64,000 nt of DNA from Selaginella moellendorffii (lineage: Eukaryota > Plantae > Lycopodiophyta): NCBI RefSeq assembly GCF_000143415.4, contig NW_003314278.1, positions 1,028,272-1,092,271 of the forward strand, given 5' to 3'. The notes beneath the pieces were generated by a model. It was given only the letters and a program-made list of their open reading frames with translations. It had not been told where the DNA came from and made no database searches. The position numbers were made by a program, and so were the translations under genes. Positions 50,100 to 63,021 of the stretch are shown piece by piece (positions within the stretch are counted from its first letter, which is position 1; each line of letters begins with the position of its first letter).

Positions 50100-51330
50100 G
50101 CTGCCTGAGAAGAAGACCGTGAACTTGAGGTTCATCGGGCTGTGATTGGGAGGAGGTTTTGCATCGGCCTGTGGAAGTTTTCTTTGGAGTATTAGGTGGA
50201 AGAGGAAACTTCAGATGGAGAAGAGGACCTTCTTCACCATTTGTGGCATGCTGGAGAGCGAGATCCGGAAGCAAGATACCGGTTGGAGGAGTGTGGTGCT
50301 GGTGGATGTTCGACTGGGGGTGACTTTGTACAAGCTTTTCAAGAACACAAATTACTTGGATCTGGTGGACAAGTTCGGCATTGGGGAGTCCACAGCTCAT
50401 GAGATTGTCATGGACACTACTGCGGCGATTGTCAAGTGTCTCAGGTACAAGATTCATTTTCCTTCAACTGCCAAGGAGGTTCGAGCTGTTGCTGCTGGCT
50501 TTCGACAAGTGACAGGTACATTTTCTTATGTTTTTTGGATTGTTATAAGTTTTGATGACCAATAGGAACCCGACTTCCTAATGTTGCTCGAGCGATCGAC
50601 TGTACTCCGAGATCATCCGACCTACTAGACTGGACGGCAAGAGCTACTACGATCGGAAGCAGCGTTACTCGGTCATCTTGCAAGGGGTTTGTGATGCCCA
50701 GAAGAGGTTCCTCAGTGTCTACGCTGGGTGGCCAGGTATGTTTCTTTGTGTGTTGTGGATGGTTCTAAAATGTTCTTTTTGCTTTCAGGACGCGTCCATG
50801 ACATGAGGGTTTTTCGTAATTCAACCCTTAGGAACAAGATTGTAGCAAGGGAGCTGCTGACATCACCCGCGGTGTTAGCATATGACGATAGGATCAAGCC
50901 ATACCTAGTGGGGGACAAAGGGTACCAACTCCAGCAGCATCTGATTATTCCACACACAAGTAAGTCTTCTTCATTCTACTTTCTTTTGTTCACTTGTTTT
51001 GGTTGTTGCTCAGCTCCAAACCCGACACCATCCAAGGCAGCTTTAAACCTTCATCACCACCTTGCTCGGATTGTTATTGACTTCTTAAAATGAAGTTCAG
51101 ATGCTTGGATCAAAAACAAAGGATCCAGCCAAAGTACCTTCCCAACATCATCAAGAGTTGTTCTTGATTGATGTTGGGGAGACTGATCTTTGGGCGGAGA
51201 TCCAAGCTTGGAGGAAAGAGGTGAAAAGGCTCAAGGACCAGGACCTCTTTGTTGATTATGGTGATCCCGAGCAAGCGGAAGGGGAGCCTCGTGAGATCTT
51301 CATCAGCCTTGCTGAGAGCGATGTGGTAAG
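50100..51330 (+). pseudogene. PIF/Harbinger (HARBI1-like) DDE transposase pseudogene with introns
   Basis: FFTICGML...LVDKFGIGESTAH, AIDCT, YYDRKQRYSVILQGVCD, GWP|GRVHD, YLVGDKGY. Confidence 0.8.
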
Positions 51331-51373
51331 CTCTCTCTCTCTCTTGGTTTCAAGTTCTTAGTCTGTGCTCCAG

Positions 51374-52130
51374 GTTGCTTGTGTCATGTCTCTGAAGTGT
51401 CTTACGATTTTATTCAAGACTTGTCAACATTTTACAAAATCGGCCAATGGGTTCAAGTAAAAATTCTAAAGGTGACAACGAAAGCTTTAGTAAAACCACA
51501 GGGTTATGATTTCCCTCTACAGGTTGATGCGGAAACCAAACGTATATCTCTTGGAATGAAAGCGTCATATCTGACCCCTGAGGATGGCATCAAGCCGATG
51601 GAGGAAGAAGCTATAAATGAAGAGCCTTCGAGCACAAATGTGATCATGGATAATGATGAGAGGGAGGAGGAGGACTACTTGGATCTGGCATCAAAACGAT
51701 TCCCACAGCTGTGCATGTCGATCCACTCTCAACAAAGACGTTGAGGATACAGTGCCAATTGACCTGAAAGAGCAGAGTTACTTCTTGTTTATATTTACTC
51801 TTCTCATGTCCTGCTTCTCAACAGGGAGGCTGCAGCAAAAGAGAAGTTATTACAGAAGGACCAAGGACGACTTTGAAAGGCTTGTAGCAGCGTCACCAAA
51901 TAGTAGCTACATGTGAATCAAATGCATGGCTTATTGGTTGTGTCTTGCAGACCTGAACAAGGTGCGAGCAGTGGCTGAAAGGTAACACTCTACTCGCATT
52001 TGATTCTATTTTTCTTTAGGTGTTACAATCCAAGCTTTTTTTTTATAGGGCATTGGAAAAGATAATTTATCGAGAAGAAATGGAAAAGATGAACATATGG
52101 ATGGCTTATCTCAACCTAGAGAATTCTCTT
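51374..52130 (+). pseudogene. RRP5: RRP5-like fragment (last S1 domain and start of the HAT repeats)
   Basis: LCHVSEVS...VKILK|VDAETKRISLGMK, DDFERLVAASPNSSYM*, ALEKIIYREEMEKMNIWMAYLNLEN. Confidence 0.8.
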
Positions 52131-52263
52131 CTAGCATTTGAAGAGCAAATGGCAATTACTTTAGGTGGTTATAATGATCATGGAAACTACTATAGTAAGC
52201 ATGCTTGTGTTTGGGGATGGAGATCAAGGGTATGGTAGAAGACCTCAATGTTTTGAGTGCTAA

Positions 52264-55200
52264 TGTTGGGGATAAATTACAACAAAGTGTGGCAGCTTTG
52301 ACCACGTGGTCAAGGTCGGTCAAAGGGAGCCTCAAGGGTTTATGAAGGTAAGGAATTTAAGACTGATGGTGCAGAGCAGCTTTTGAGGTAGTTTCACAGT
52401 GGTTGGGTAGTTATGAACCTCAAGAGGAGCATAGTCTAGTCTAGGAAAGCTAGATTGTTGATTTTTTGTGCTAAGTTATAACATTGGTATTAAAAGTGTT
52501 AATTGTGATGGCCAATTAAGCTGAATGCTGGAATCTTATTGTCAATAGTGGTGCTGATGATGGTGCTAATAGAGTTGTGGAGGTTTAGACCATGGAAGAT
52601 GTGGTTCATAAGTTGCAAGCCTTTAATAAAAATCAACAAGAGATGCAAAACAAGATATATGGCATGATGGGTACCTTGTGTGAGTATGTTAAGGCACTTA
52701 AGGTTGGTCGTGGTGGCACTCCAAGTAAACCTTCCTTGGTGGATCGACTCAAGATTCTAACCTTTTTCGGTGATGGTGGTGTGGATGAGTGTCTAGCTTG
52801 GTTAGTTAATATGGAGAAGTTTTTGGCTACTAAAGGAATTCCGGATGCAAAGGCTTTAGTGGTTATTTCAATGGTTTTGTGTGATGCAGGTCTTCAGTGG
52901 TGGAATTAGCTTGAGGAGTCTTGTGTTACAGATAAGAAACCACTAGTGTCTACAATGGATGAGTTTGAGGCTGTTTTCCATTTATATTTTGCTCACACTG
53001 AACTTTAACATTTTCAACAAGGGAAAATGAAGCTTGGGGACTATATTAAGAAGCTAACTCGCTTGATTAGCCATGTTCTAATGAAGGATTCAAATCAAAA
53101 CAAGTCCTACTTCATTGATGGCCTTTATAGTGAGAGCATGCAGCAACACTTGCGTCATTCTCAGCCTACAAAGAGTTGGGAGGAGCTCTTTGATGCTGCT
53201 TGTCAATTTGACAATGACAAGTATAAGTCTCACAAGCGTTCGAGGAGTCCTTATGTTGAGAATTGTCGTGATGATCATTGTGGACACAAGGATGGGAATA
53301 AACATCACAAGCTGAAGTCTATGGTGGCTACTTCGGGTACATAGGGGTCAAAGAAGCAGAAATTCTTTGTGAAGAATTATAGACAAGGTTATCATCATTG
53401 CGGCAAGCTGGGATATTACAAGGCTGATTGTCCGCAGTGAAAAGCAAATAACATGGCAACAAGAATGGCCAATCTTCTATTAACGGTAAGTCAGATATTA
53501 AGAAGTTGTAAACTTTGTAGCGTAAAGATGACAGGGACGACCATTCCGGTTGGAGGATAAAGCTTTCGATTGTTGCTCGTCAACTTAACTATGTGTGGAA
53601 CAAGATGAAGGTCGAAGACACTCATGCATCAGCTTTAATGCTGGAGGGCGTGTTCTGTGGCAGTCTAGTGTAGATTTTACTGGACAGTGGGAGTGATGAC
53701 AACTTTGTTTCCATAAAGTTTGTTGAGAAACATGGCCTAGTGACACGAGAAGTTCTTCCATATATGGTAGAAAGTGCAGCTACCTTTACTCGGCATTTGG
53801 ATACTTGTGTAGAAAGGCTGAAAGTGTTGGTTGGCAAAACCATACTTGTGGAGACTTTTTATCTCATGGATCTTTATTGTGTGAATCTCATTCTTGGGAT
53901 GTCATAGTTGGTGAAGGTGGATCCGGAGATAAAGTGGAGTATTAAGTGTGTCTCATTGGAGTACAGTAGCATTAAAGATGTGTGGTTTGAAGAGGGAGTT
54001 TAACCTCTAATTGTTATGCTCTCTATTACATCTTTGAAACGGGCTTATCGTAATGGAAAAACACTTTTGAGTTATTTGCTGTTTGTTCATGACTTAGGGG
54101 ACCAAGCCACATGTGGAGGAGAGGCAATAGTGCGGACTATACTTGAAGAGTTCTCTGATGTTTTTCCCTCTAAACTTCCTTATGGATTGCCTTCATTACG
54201 AGGTGTGGAGCATAGGATTACGTTGGAGCTAGGGACACAGCCAATTTACCAGCGTCCATTTCAGCAAGAATATGGAAGAGCATAAAGCGCATTTGTGCAA
54301 GGTTCTTTTGTTACTCCATAACAACAAACTTTATGTGAAGAAGAACAAATATGAATTTGCAAAGTCGGAGGTGGAATATTTAGGCTATATTATGACATCC
54401 AAGGGTGTTAAGACGGATCCAAAGAAGGTGGCTGTGGTGGAAAACTAACTTACACCAACTTCAGTGGCTGAGTTATGCAATTTCCTTAGTATAGCTAGTT
54501 ACTACCAACATCTTCAACATAAGTTTGCAGAGGTGGCTATTCCTTTAACACAATTGTTGCACAAGAACATGCTATTCGAGTGGAACCACATGAGGATAGT
54601 TTTGTGGCATTGAAACGGTTATTGAGCGAGCCTCCAGTGCTTCACATTGCTAATCTATCAAAACCTTATGAAATGATATATAATGTGAGTGGTTATGCAC
54701 TGGGAGGAGTTCTTATGCAAAAGGGACAGCATATTGCATATGAGAGTCGAATTTTGAATCCCGTGGAGCAACGCTATTCCACATATGAGCAAGAGTTACT
54801 CTTCATTGTTCATACTTTACAGACGTGGCAACACTATCTTTATGGTGCAGTATTCACAGTGTTGACGGATCACAAACCCTTTGTATATCTTTTCACACAG
54901 AAGGAATAAAACACTAGGCAAGCTCGTTGGATGGTCAAACTTATAGAATTTGGGGAGTTTATTATTGAGCATCGTTTGGGAAAATCAAATGTGGTGGCAA
55001 ATGCTTTATCTCATGTTTGCCATGTGATGGCATTATAAACATAGTTTTGTCATCATTTGAGTAAGGTGGTTAGTGAGTTTGGGCAGTTGGTTGAGCATGC
55101 TCAGACTCAGAATGCTAAGGTGGTTTTGTTGCAAGCTCAGATGGAAGCACCTTTCTCATTAGTGGATGGGATTCTTTACTACAATGGCCATGTGTATTTG

Positions 55201-56617
55201 CCATGGGTGGATACATTAATTACTTAGGTTTTATTCTACTATCATGATCATCCAAAGGTTAGTCATTTTGGGGGCAAGAAGACATATGAGTTGATTAAGC
55301 ACAATTTCTATTGGAGGAATATGAAAGTTGATATCCTTGAGTACTATAAGTCATGTGAGCTTTGTCAGCAGATAAAGGTGCTACAGGAGAAGTTGGGGGG
55401 ACTTTTGCAACCTTTACCTATTTCTCAGAGCCGTTGGTGTAGTATTTCTATAGACTTCATCACTTATTTGCCACGAACACAGAGGCAAAAGGAGCAAATA
55501 TGGGTCATAGTGGATCGTTTGACGAAATATGTGTGGTTGTTGGTTCTTCGGAAGAGTGTCACTGCCTTAGACTTGGTTGTAGTCTACTTAGAAAAGGTTT
55601 TTCCTGATTTTAGTTTATTGGAGGATATCGTTAACAATCAAGATTCAAAGTTCACTAGTAGATTTTGAAAAAGCTTTGCAAAGGCTATACAAGTGACTTT
55701 GAAACTCTCAAGTGGAGATCATCTTTAGACAGATGGGCAAATCAAGCATGTGAATCAGGTGGTGGAGGATATATTACGCTATAGCATTAGTTAAAGGCAA
55801 GGACAATGGGATCTATATCTTTCATTAGTGCAATTTGCCTATAACAATAGCCAACATAGTGGAACCAAGTTAAGTCCTTACTTTACCATGTTTGGAAGGC
55901 ATCCTCAAACAGCGGTGGAGTTGGAATTAGAATGTTCAAGGAAAACATGATTCAAAGGTGATTGATTTGGCCATAGAACTTGATGAGATTCTGGTGGCGT
56001 GCAAATGGAATTTGCAAGCAACCCAAGATAAAACGGAGAAGTTTGTTAATGAGTATTGCCAATTCCAGAAATATAAAGTGAGTGATCTCGTCTTTGTATG
56101 AGTGATTTTTCCGTCAAGTGAGTAATGGAACACTTTAATGCCTTTGCGGAATGGGAAAAGTGATAAACTTTCTCATCAGTATGCTGGTCTATATGAAATG
56201 TTGGAGTGCATCAGTAAGGTGGCTTATCGAGTGCGACTGCCAATTGGGGTGAAAATTCATTTGGTATTTTATGTTAGCCAGTTGAAAGGTATACTATTTC
56301 AGAGTGATGGGGCCTCCTTGATATATACAGCTGTGGAAGATGGATCAAGAGCTTGAGCAACATTCCCCAAAAAAGGTGATCATTGGTACAACTCATCCTT
56401 AGGACAGAGGAAGAATTGTTAGGCACTAGCTTTGACCACGTGGTCAACATTAGTCCAAGGAAGGCTCAAGGGTTTATGAAGGCATGTTAGGGTAAAGAAC
56501 TTTGCAGAGGACCTTTTGAGGTAGTTTAGGGGTGGTTAGGCGGTGAGGAACTTCAAAAGTAGGCGTAATCTAGTTTAGGAAGACTAGATTGTTGACTTTT
56601 CGTGCCGAGTCATAACA
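52264..56617 (+). mobile_element. old degenerate Ty3/gypsy LTR retrotransposon
   Basis: Diverged LTRs at ~52264-52483 and 56417-56617 (shared agctttgaccacgtggtcaa...taaca), PBS-like tggtattaaaag, gag, protease LLDSGS, RH, integrase. Many stops and an internal RT deletion. Confidence 0.85.
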
Positions 56618-57009
56618 CAATTCTTGTTCATGATGTGAGGAATGTCATGGATGGGGACATAACACTGGAACTTGTGCCAAATGTCAAAAATATGCTAACA
56701 AATATTCTTATGCTCTTTTGACATTTATGGATAATAGGAGTTCTATTTCTTGTGCTTCTTCTCTATCACCAACAAATAACAAAAGTCCTCATATTCTCTC
56801 TCTTTCATAACATGCAATATAGAATTAGTGGAGGATGAGTAGTTTATGTTTGTTTTTGCTGGAGTCGTAAATAGTATAAATGTGATGATCTTGGTGGACT
56901 TTGGCTTAGCAATTTCCTCTGTTCAGTGTTTAATTGTTTGAAGTTTCATTATAGCAAATCTCTTGTACTTGTGTTTACTAATCATAAGTCATCAGCATAG
57001 ATATTATGT

Positions 57010-58342
57010 ATGGAAACGCTGGTTGTCTACGCACGGTGTGGGCATTTGGAGGAATTGAGAAGGATCTTTGATGCATTGCCGGCCAAGACGTCGTGGATGG
57101 AGCTCACGACCACGTATGCCGAGAGTGGGCATCCGGGCGAGGCCAAGGCAGCGTTCAATCGAATGGCGGTGCGGGACGTAGTTTCCTCCACTGCGATGGT
57201 CAAGGCGCTGGGCGATTGCGGGCGGATTGGATCGAGCAAGGCGGTGTTTGATGCGATGCCCAAGAGGAACTGCAAGACGTGGGTGACGCTGCTGCGGGGA
57301 TTTGCTCGCGGTGGAGAGATTGGGCGAGTGAGAGAGGTGCTGGATCGGATGCCCAAGACAAATGTGGTAGCGTGGACGATCCTCGTGCAGGGTTTTGCGC
57401 AGCGCGGGTTTGTGGGCGATGCGAAGGCCGCGTTTGATTCCATGCCCGAGAAGAACAGCATCACTTGCGCGGTGATGCTCGTCATGTTTGCGGAGAATGG
57501 ATTCGTGGAGGAGGCGGAGGATGTCTTCCAGGAGATTGTCCACCGAAATGCGATCCTCTGGGGGGCGATGCACTGCTGCTATGCCCAAAATGGGGATTTG
57601 ATTCAAGCCAAGAGTTTGTTTGATAGGATGCCTCTGCACAGCATACTTTCGTGGACGATTATGATCAAGTCATACGCGCAAAAAGGTGATGCTGATCAAG
57701 GAAAACAATTGTTTGAAGCAATGCCACACAGAGATCTTGTTTCATGGAACTCGATAATCACTGTTTATGCCCAGAGAGGTCGTTTCAAAGATGCTATACG
57801 AGCGTTTTCTTTGTGTTGCTTCTGGGATTCCTATTCATGGAACACAATTCTCGTGGTATACGCTTTAGATGCAAATATTTGTGAGGCAAAGAAGACGTTT
57901 GATAGAATACCAACTTGGAATTTGGTCTCCTGGAACACGATGCTAGCAGCATATGCCCAGACCGGCCATGCGTATTCTGCGATCCAGCTCTTTTGGGCGA
58001 TGTTTCTTCACGGCTTTGATCCCGACAAGGCAGCGTTTGCCATCGTTTTGACGGCGTGTAGCCATCTGGGGCTCGTCAAGGAAGCAGTAAGCTACTTCAC
58101 AGCAATGAGCTTTGACAATGGATTGGACCCTTCGCAAGACCACTACACCTGCATTGTTGATGCTCTAGGACGGCTAGGGCGATTGGAAGAGGCCGATGAT
58201 GTCCTGGAGAATATGCCTTTGCCAGCTGATGGAGTTGCATGGGCAATGTTTCTTACCGCATGTAAAAACCACGGGGAGACGAATCAAGGGATGCATGCTG
58301 CGGAATTTACGTGCCAGTCCAGCCTTGTGAGTGATGCATTGC
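57010..58342 (+). CDS. PLS-class PPR protein, 3' end cut off by an LTR retrotransposon
   Basis: Open 461-aa ORF of PPR motifs. It is an inverted paralog of 43800-45239. The last codons run into the LTR. Confidence 0.85.
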
Positions 58343-58484
58343 TGACACGAACCACGGGAATATTCCAAGAATATTCCATGGCCTGTGGGATTTAAGGCCG
58401 TAACGCCTTAAGGGTTGGGAGGTTGGCCTAGGGTTCGCTCTCTTGTTCGTTTCATTGGTATCGGAGCAGCATGTTCTTTTGGGG

Positions 58485-61400
58485 ATGGCGGGAGAGCAAG
58501 ATATTGATCCTGATGAGGAGTATGGCATTAGTGATGATAGCCATGACGATGCGGAAGAGACTCTTGATGATGTTGTTCTGTGGCAAGGACGCCAGATTTC
58601 TGCGGTTCAGAACGACATAAAGGAGGTTAAGGATTCTGTCAATTTAATTAAGGATTTCTTGCTTCGCATGGACCCTCAAGGATTGAATCGATCTCATGTC
58701 CGTGATTACCATTGGTACGTCAAGCATGCCAAGGATTATGGTATTATGGAATGGAAATCATCACCAGATGTTTGTGATAGTCAAGAGGTTGATTCTTGGT
58801 TGGAATTGTGGGAAAGTTGTTGGTCTCACAAACCTTATGAGGATAAGGTGAAGATAGATTTCTTTGTGACGAAGCTTACGGGCCATGCTTCTTTGTGGTG
58901 GAAGAACTACATCAAAGCTAATCCAAAGCCGACTTCTTGGACTGATTTGACAAAGGTTTTCCGCGCTTCGTTTGTCAAGAAGTTTGAAGAGGTTGATCTC
59001 GTGAATCAATTGTTAGAGATCCGTCAGGGGACTTTGTCTTTGGATGTGTATGCTCGCAAGTTCCGTGATCTTTGCCTTAGTCTCACGGGCACTTACAATG
59101 AGCTACTAAAGGTGCAATGTTTTATCAAAGGATTGAGCTCGGTGGATGTGCAACAGAAGGTCAAGAAGGATTTTCCAGCAACATTGACTGATGCTATCAC
59201 TAAGGCTCCAATCTTTTCGCCCAAACCGTCGGTCAACTCGGTCAACGCTGGTCAAAAGGATGGTCTCCGGGGTGGTCAACGTGATGACCAACCCACCAAT
59301 ACTTCATTTTCAGGGAAGAAACGGCCATTGCTTCGTCGTAGCTCGAAGAGTGGAGATGGCAATGAGGCAAAAAGACATCGGTTAGACCAACGAGAGAAGG
59401 ACAAGGTGGAGGGCAATTGTTTTCGTTGTCACAAGGCTGGACATCATGGCAAGGATTGTCCTCTTGTGAAGGGATCAAAGAATGCTAAGGTGAATGTGGT
59501 GGAATCCATTGTGGATACAGCTCAGGCATCTACTGTGGTGGCTCTTCCACACCCTGTGGCAAAAGTTCAAGAATCTAAGTCTCGAGTTCATATCAACTCT
59601 ATAGAGATTAATGGTTCTATGCGCAATCAACTTGTGAAGGCCAAGGGGGACATTCAAGGACATGCTGTTAGTATTCTTTTCGATCCAGGTGCTACACACA
59701 ACTTTTTGAGCTCTAAGGTGGTGAAGAAACTTGGTTTGCCTGTGGAAAAAAGTTCAGTAATCTATGAGGTGGTTATGGCAAATGGACATAGCACTCGTGT
59801 TTACGGTGAATGGGCTCCGAGTGTTCCTTTGACGGTTCAAGGGATTCTCGACCATCCTTTGTTTCAGGTTATGGATCTTGGTCGCACAGACGTTATTCTT
59901 GGGAAGGAATGGTTTTATGACAGGAAGCCAGGGATTGATTGGGAGCGTAATGTTCTGCGTATCGAAGTTGGTGTCACTATAAAAGAGATTGTCGGGACAG
60001 ACAATAGTGATACTCCATTGATTAACGCTTTGGAGTTGGTGACATGCATGCATGAGATAGCTAATTCTTTTGTGGTGTACCCGTTTTTTTCTAATATGAT
60101 CATGTCTAATTTGGAGTACGTTCGTGGGCATGAGGCACAGGTGGATTCCATTCAGGAGGAGTTCCGTGACGTATTTCCGGATGAGTTACTTGATGGTTTG
60201 CCTCTAGAACGTGGAATTCAGCATGAGATTGATTTGGTTCCTGGAGCTACTCCTTTTCAGCGACAACCGACTCGTACTAGTTCTGCTGAAGATGAAAAGA
60301 TTAATAGGCAGCTTGCTGAAATACCTTCGGAAAGGGTGGTTACGGATTAGCAAGTCTCCTTGGGCTGCTCTAGTGGTGATGGTCAAAAAGAAAGATGGTA
60401 CATGGCGTCTTTGCATGAACTACAAGGGATTAAATGATAGGACAGTGAAGAATATGTTCCTGATCCCTCGTATCGATGATTTGCTTGATCGTCTTCGTGG
60501 AGCTCGATATTTTTCGAAGATTGATTTGAGGCAAGGATATCATCAGATTTGTGTCAAGCCAGAGGATGTTCCGAAAACTGTATTTCGGACAAGGACAGGT
60601 CACTACGAGTTTTTAGTGATGCCGTTTGGTTTGACAAATGCTCCTGCAACTTTTCAGAGATTGATGAATCATGTTCTACAACCTTACTTAGGAAAGTTTG
60701 CAATTGATTATTTTGATGATATCTTAGTATTCAGCTCTTCCATGGAGGAACATGAGATGCATGTGCGAAGTGTTTTACAACTTTTGAGGGACAACAAGCT
60801 CTACTCGAAGTTATCCAAGTGCGAGTTTTTTTTAGAGGAGATTGGATATCTCGGGCATTTGATTTCAGTACATGGAGTGAGAGCTGATCCCGCAAAGATT
60901 CAGGCCGTGGTTGATTGGCCTATACCTTCCACAGTGCATGATCTCCGTAGTTTCCTTGGTATGGCTGGAGTTTTTCGACGATTTGTGAAGGACTTTTCAG
61001 GGATAACAGCCCCTTTAACTGATCTTCTCCAGAATACGTCGAAACATGCTACTATTCATGGTTGGGATGAGAAGTGTGAAGTGGCATTTCAACGTTTGAA
61101 GCAATGTTGTATCTCTGCTCCGGTGTTGAAGATTTTTGATCCTGAAAAGCCTCTTGTGGTCGAGACAGATGCAAGTGACATTGCTATTGGAGCTATTTTG
61201 CTTCAAGTTGGGCATCCTCTTGCGTACATGAGCCATAAGTTTGATGCCACACAGCGGAATTGGCCTACTCGAGACAAGGAGTTGTATGCTGTGATTGCTG
61301 CTGTGAAGGAATGGCGACATTATCTCTATGGATCGGACTTCCATGTGGATTCAAACCATCAATCTCTCCAATATTTCAGTCGACAAAAGGATCTTCGAGG

Positions 61401-63021
61401 CCGCCTTGCTCGTTAGCAAGAGNNNNNNNNNNNNNNNNNNNNNNNNNNNNNNNNNNNNNNNNNNNNNNNNNNNNNNNNNNNNNNNNNNNNNNNNNNNNNN
61501 NNNNNNNNNNNNNNNNNNNNNNNNNNNNNNNNNNNNNNNNNNNNNNNNNNNNNNNNNNNNNNNNNNNNNNNNNNNNNNNNNNNNNNNNNNNNNNNNNNNN
61601 NNNNNNNNNNNNNNNNNNNNNNNNNNNNNNNNNNNNNNNNNNNNNNNNNNNNNNNNNNNNNNNNNNNNNNNNNNNNNNNNNNNNNNNNNNNNNNNNNNNN
61701 NNNNNNNNNNNNNNNNNNNNNNNNNNNNNNNNNNNNNNNNNNNNNNNNNNNNNNNNNNNNNNNNNNNNNNNNNNNNNNNNNNNNNNNNNNNNNNNNNNNN
61801 NNNNNNNNNNNNNNNNNNNTGAAGTCAGATGTTGAGAAGTACATACGTGGTTTCTTGACCTGCCAGGCGGTCAAAGTTGATCATCAGAAGCTCGCTGGCC
61901 TCTATCATCCTTTACGTGTACCCGAGAATAAGTGGGATAGCATCTCGATAGACTTTATCACTGGTTTGCCCAAAACCTTTCGAGGAAATGATGCTATTTG
62001 GGTTGTTGTGGATCGTTTCACGAAGATGGCTCACTTTTTCCCTGTGAAGACAACGATAAAAGCTTCTGAACTTGCTCAGTTGTTTGTAGACCGGTTATTC
62101 AGTCTCTATGGTTTGCCTGGTGACATTGTGAGTGATCGGGATCCTAAGTTCACATCCAAGTTTTGGCAAACAGTCTTTGAAAAACTAGAGACTAAACTGA
62201 GCATGAGTAGTGGTGAGCATCCACAATCTGATGGGCAGACAGAGCGCATGAATCAGCTATTAGAAGATATGCTACGGTCTTTTGTGGGAAACTTGATTCG
62301 ACAGGGAGTATGGGAAAAATACTTGCCTTTGCTTCAGTTTGCTCACAATAGCGCTCATCAATCGGCTATTGGCATGTCTCCTTTTATGGCGATGTATGGC
62401 TATGAGCCTAGGTCTTCTGTGAGTTTGAATTTGGCTTTGGTTCGAGTTCCTCATGCTTGTGATTTTCTGGAGGATATGCAAGACAAGCTTGAGTTGGCAA
62501 AATTGAACATGAGGCAAGCTCAAGAACGAGACAAAAGATTGGCTGATGAGCATCATCGTCATCAAGAGTACAAAGTTGGTGACAAGGTTTTCCTTAAGCT
62601 GTCGGATGCACAACGATCTCTAAAAGGAAGTGGTAGTGCTAAGTTGTCCCCACGGTATTGTGGGCCTTGGACAATTTTACAGCGTGTGGGGGATCTTGCA
62701 TACACTTTGGATTTGCTAGTTAGTTCGAAGATTCATCCAACGTTCCATGTGAGCAAGCTTAAAGTGTGTTTGCACTCTGGTGATATCGTGGATCAGTCCA
62801 TCATCCAGGTTCCAGAGATTGATGCAGAGAAGGCTGGTCCGGCCAATATTCTTGCTCAAAGATTAGTGAAAACACGCCAGAAAACAACTAGGGAGTTGTT
62901 AGTTCAGTGGAATGGTTATTCCATGGACGAAGCTACATGGGAAACTGAGGATGATGTGAAGAGAGTGTTTCCGAGTTTTGGTTATGACTTGGATGATATT
63001 CCTGAGGAAGGGGAGAATTGA
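58485..63021 (+). pseudogene. gag-pol polyprotein (frameshift at ~60300, stop at 61414-61416, assembly gap)
   Basis: ORFs 58443..60350, 60211..61416 and 61855..63021. Confidence 0.9.
61423..61819. other. assembly gap (N run)
   Basis: About 400 N. Confidence 1.

Noticed and set aside
61260-61874. ORFs containing long X runs
   Set aside because: Artefacts of the N gap.
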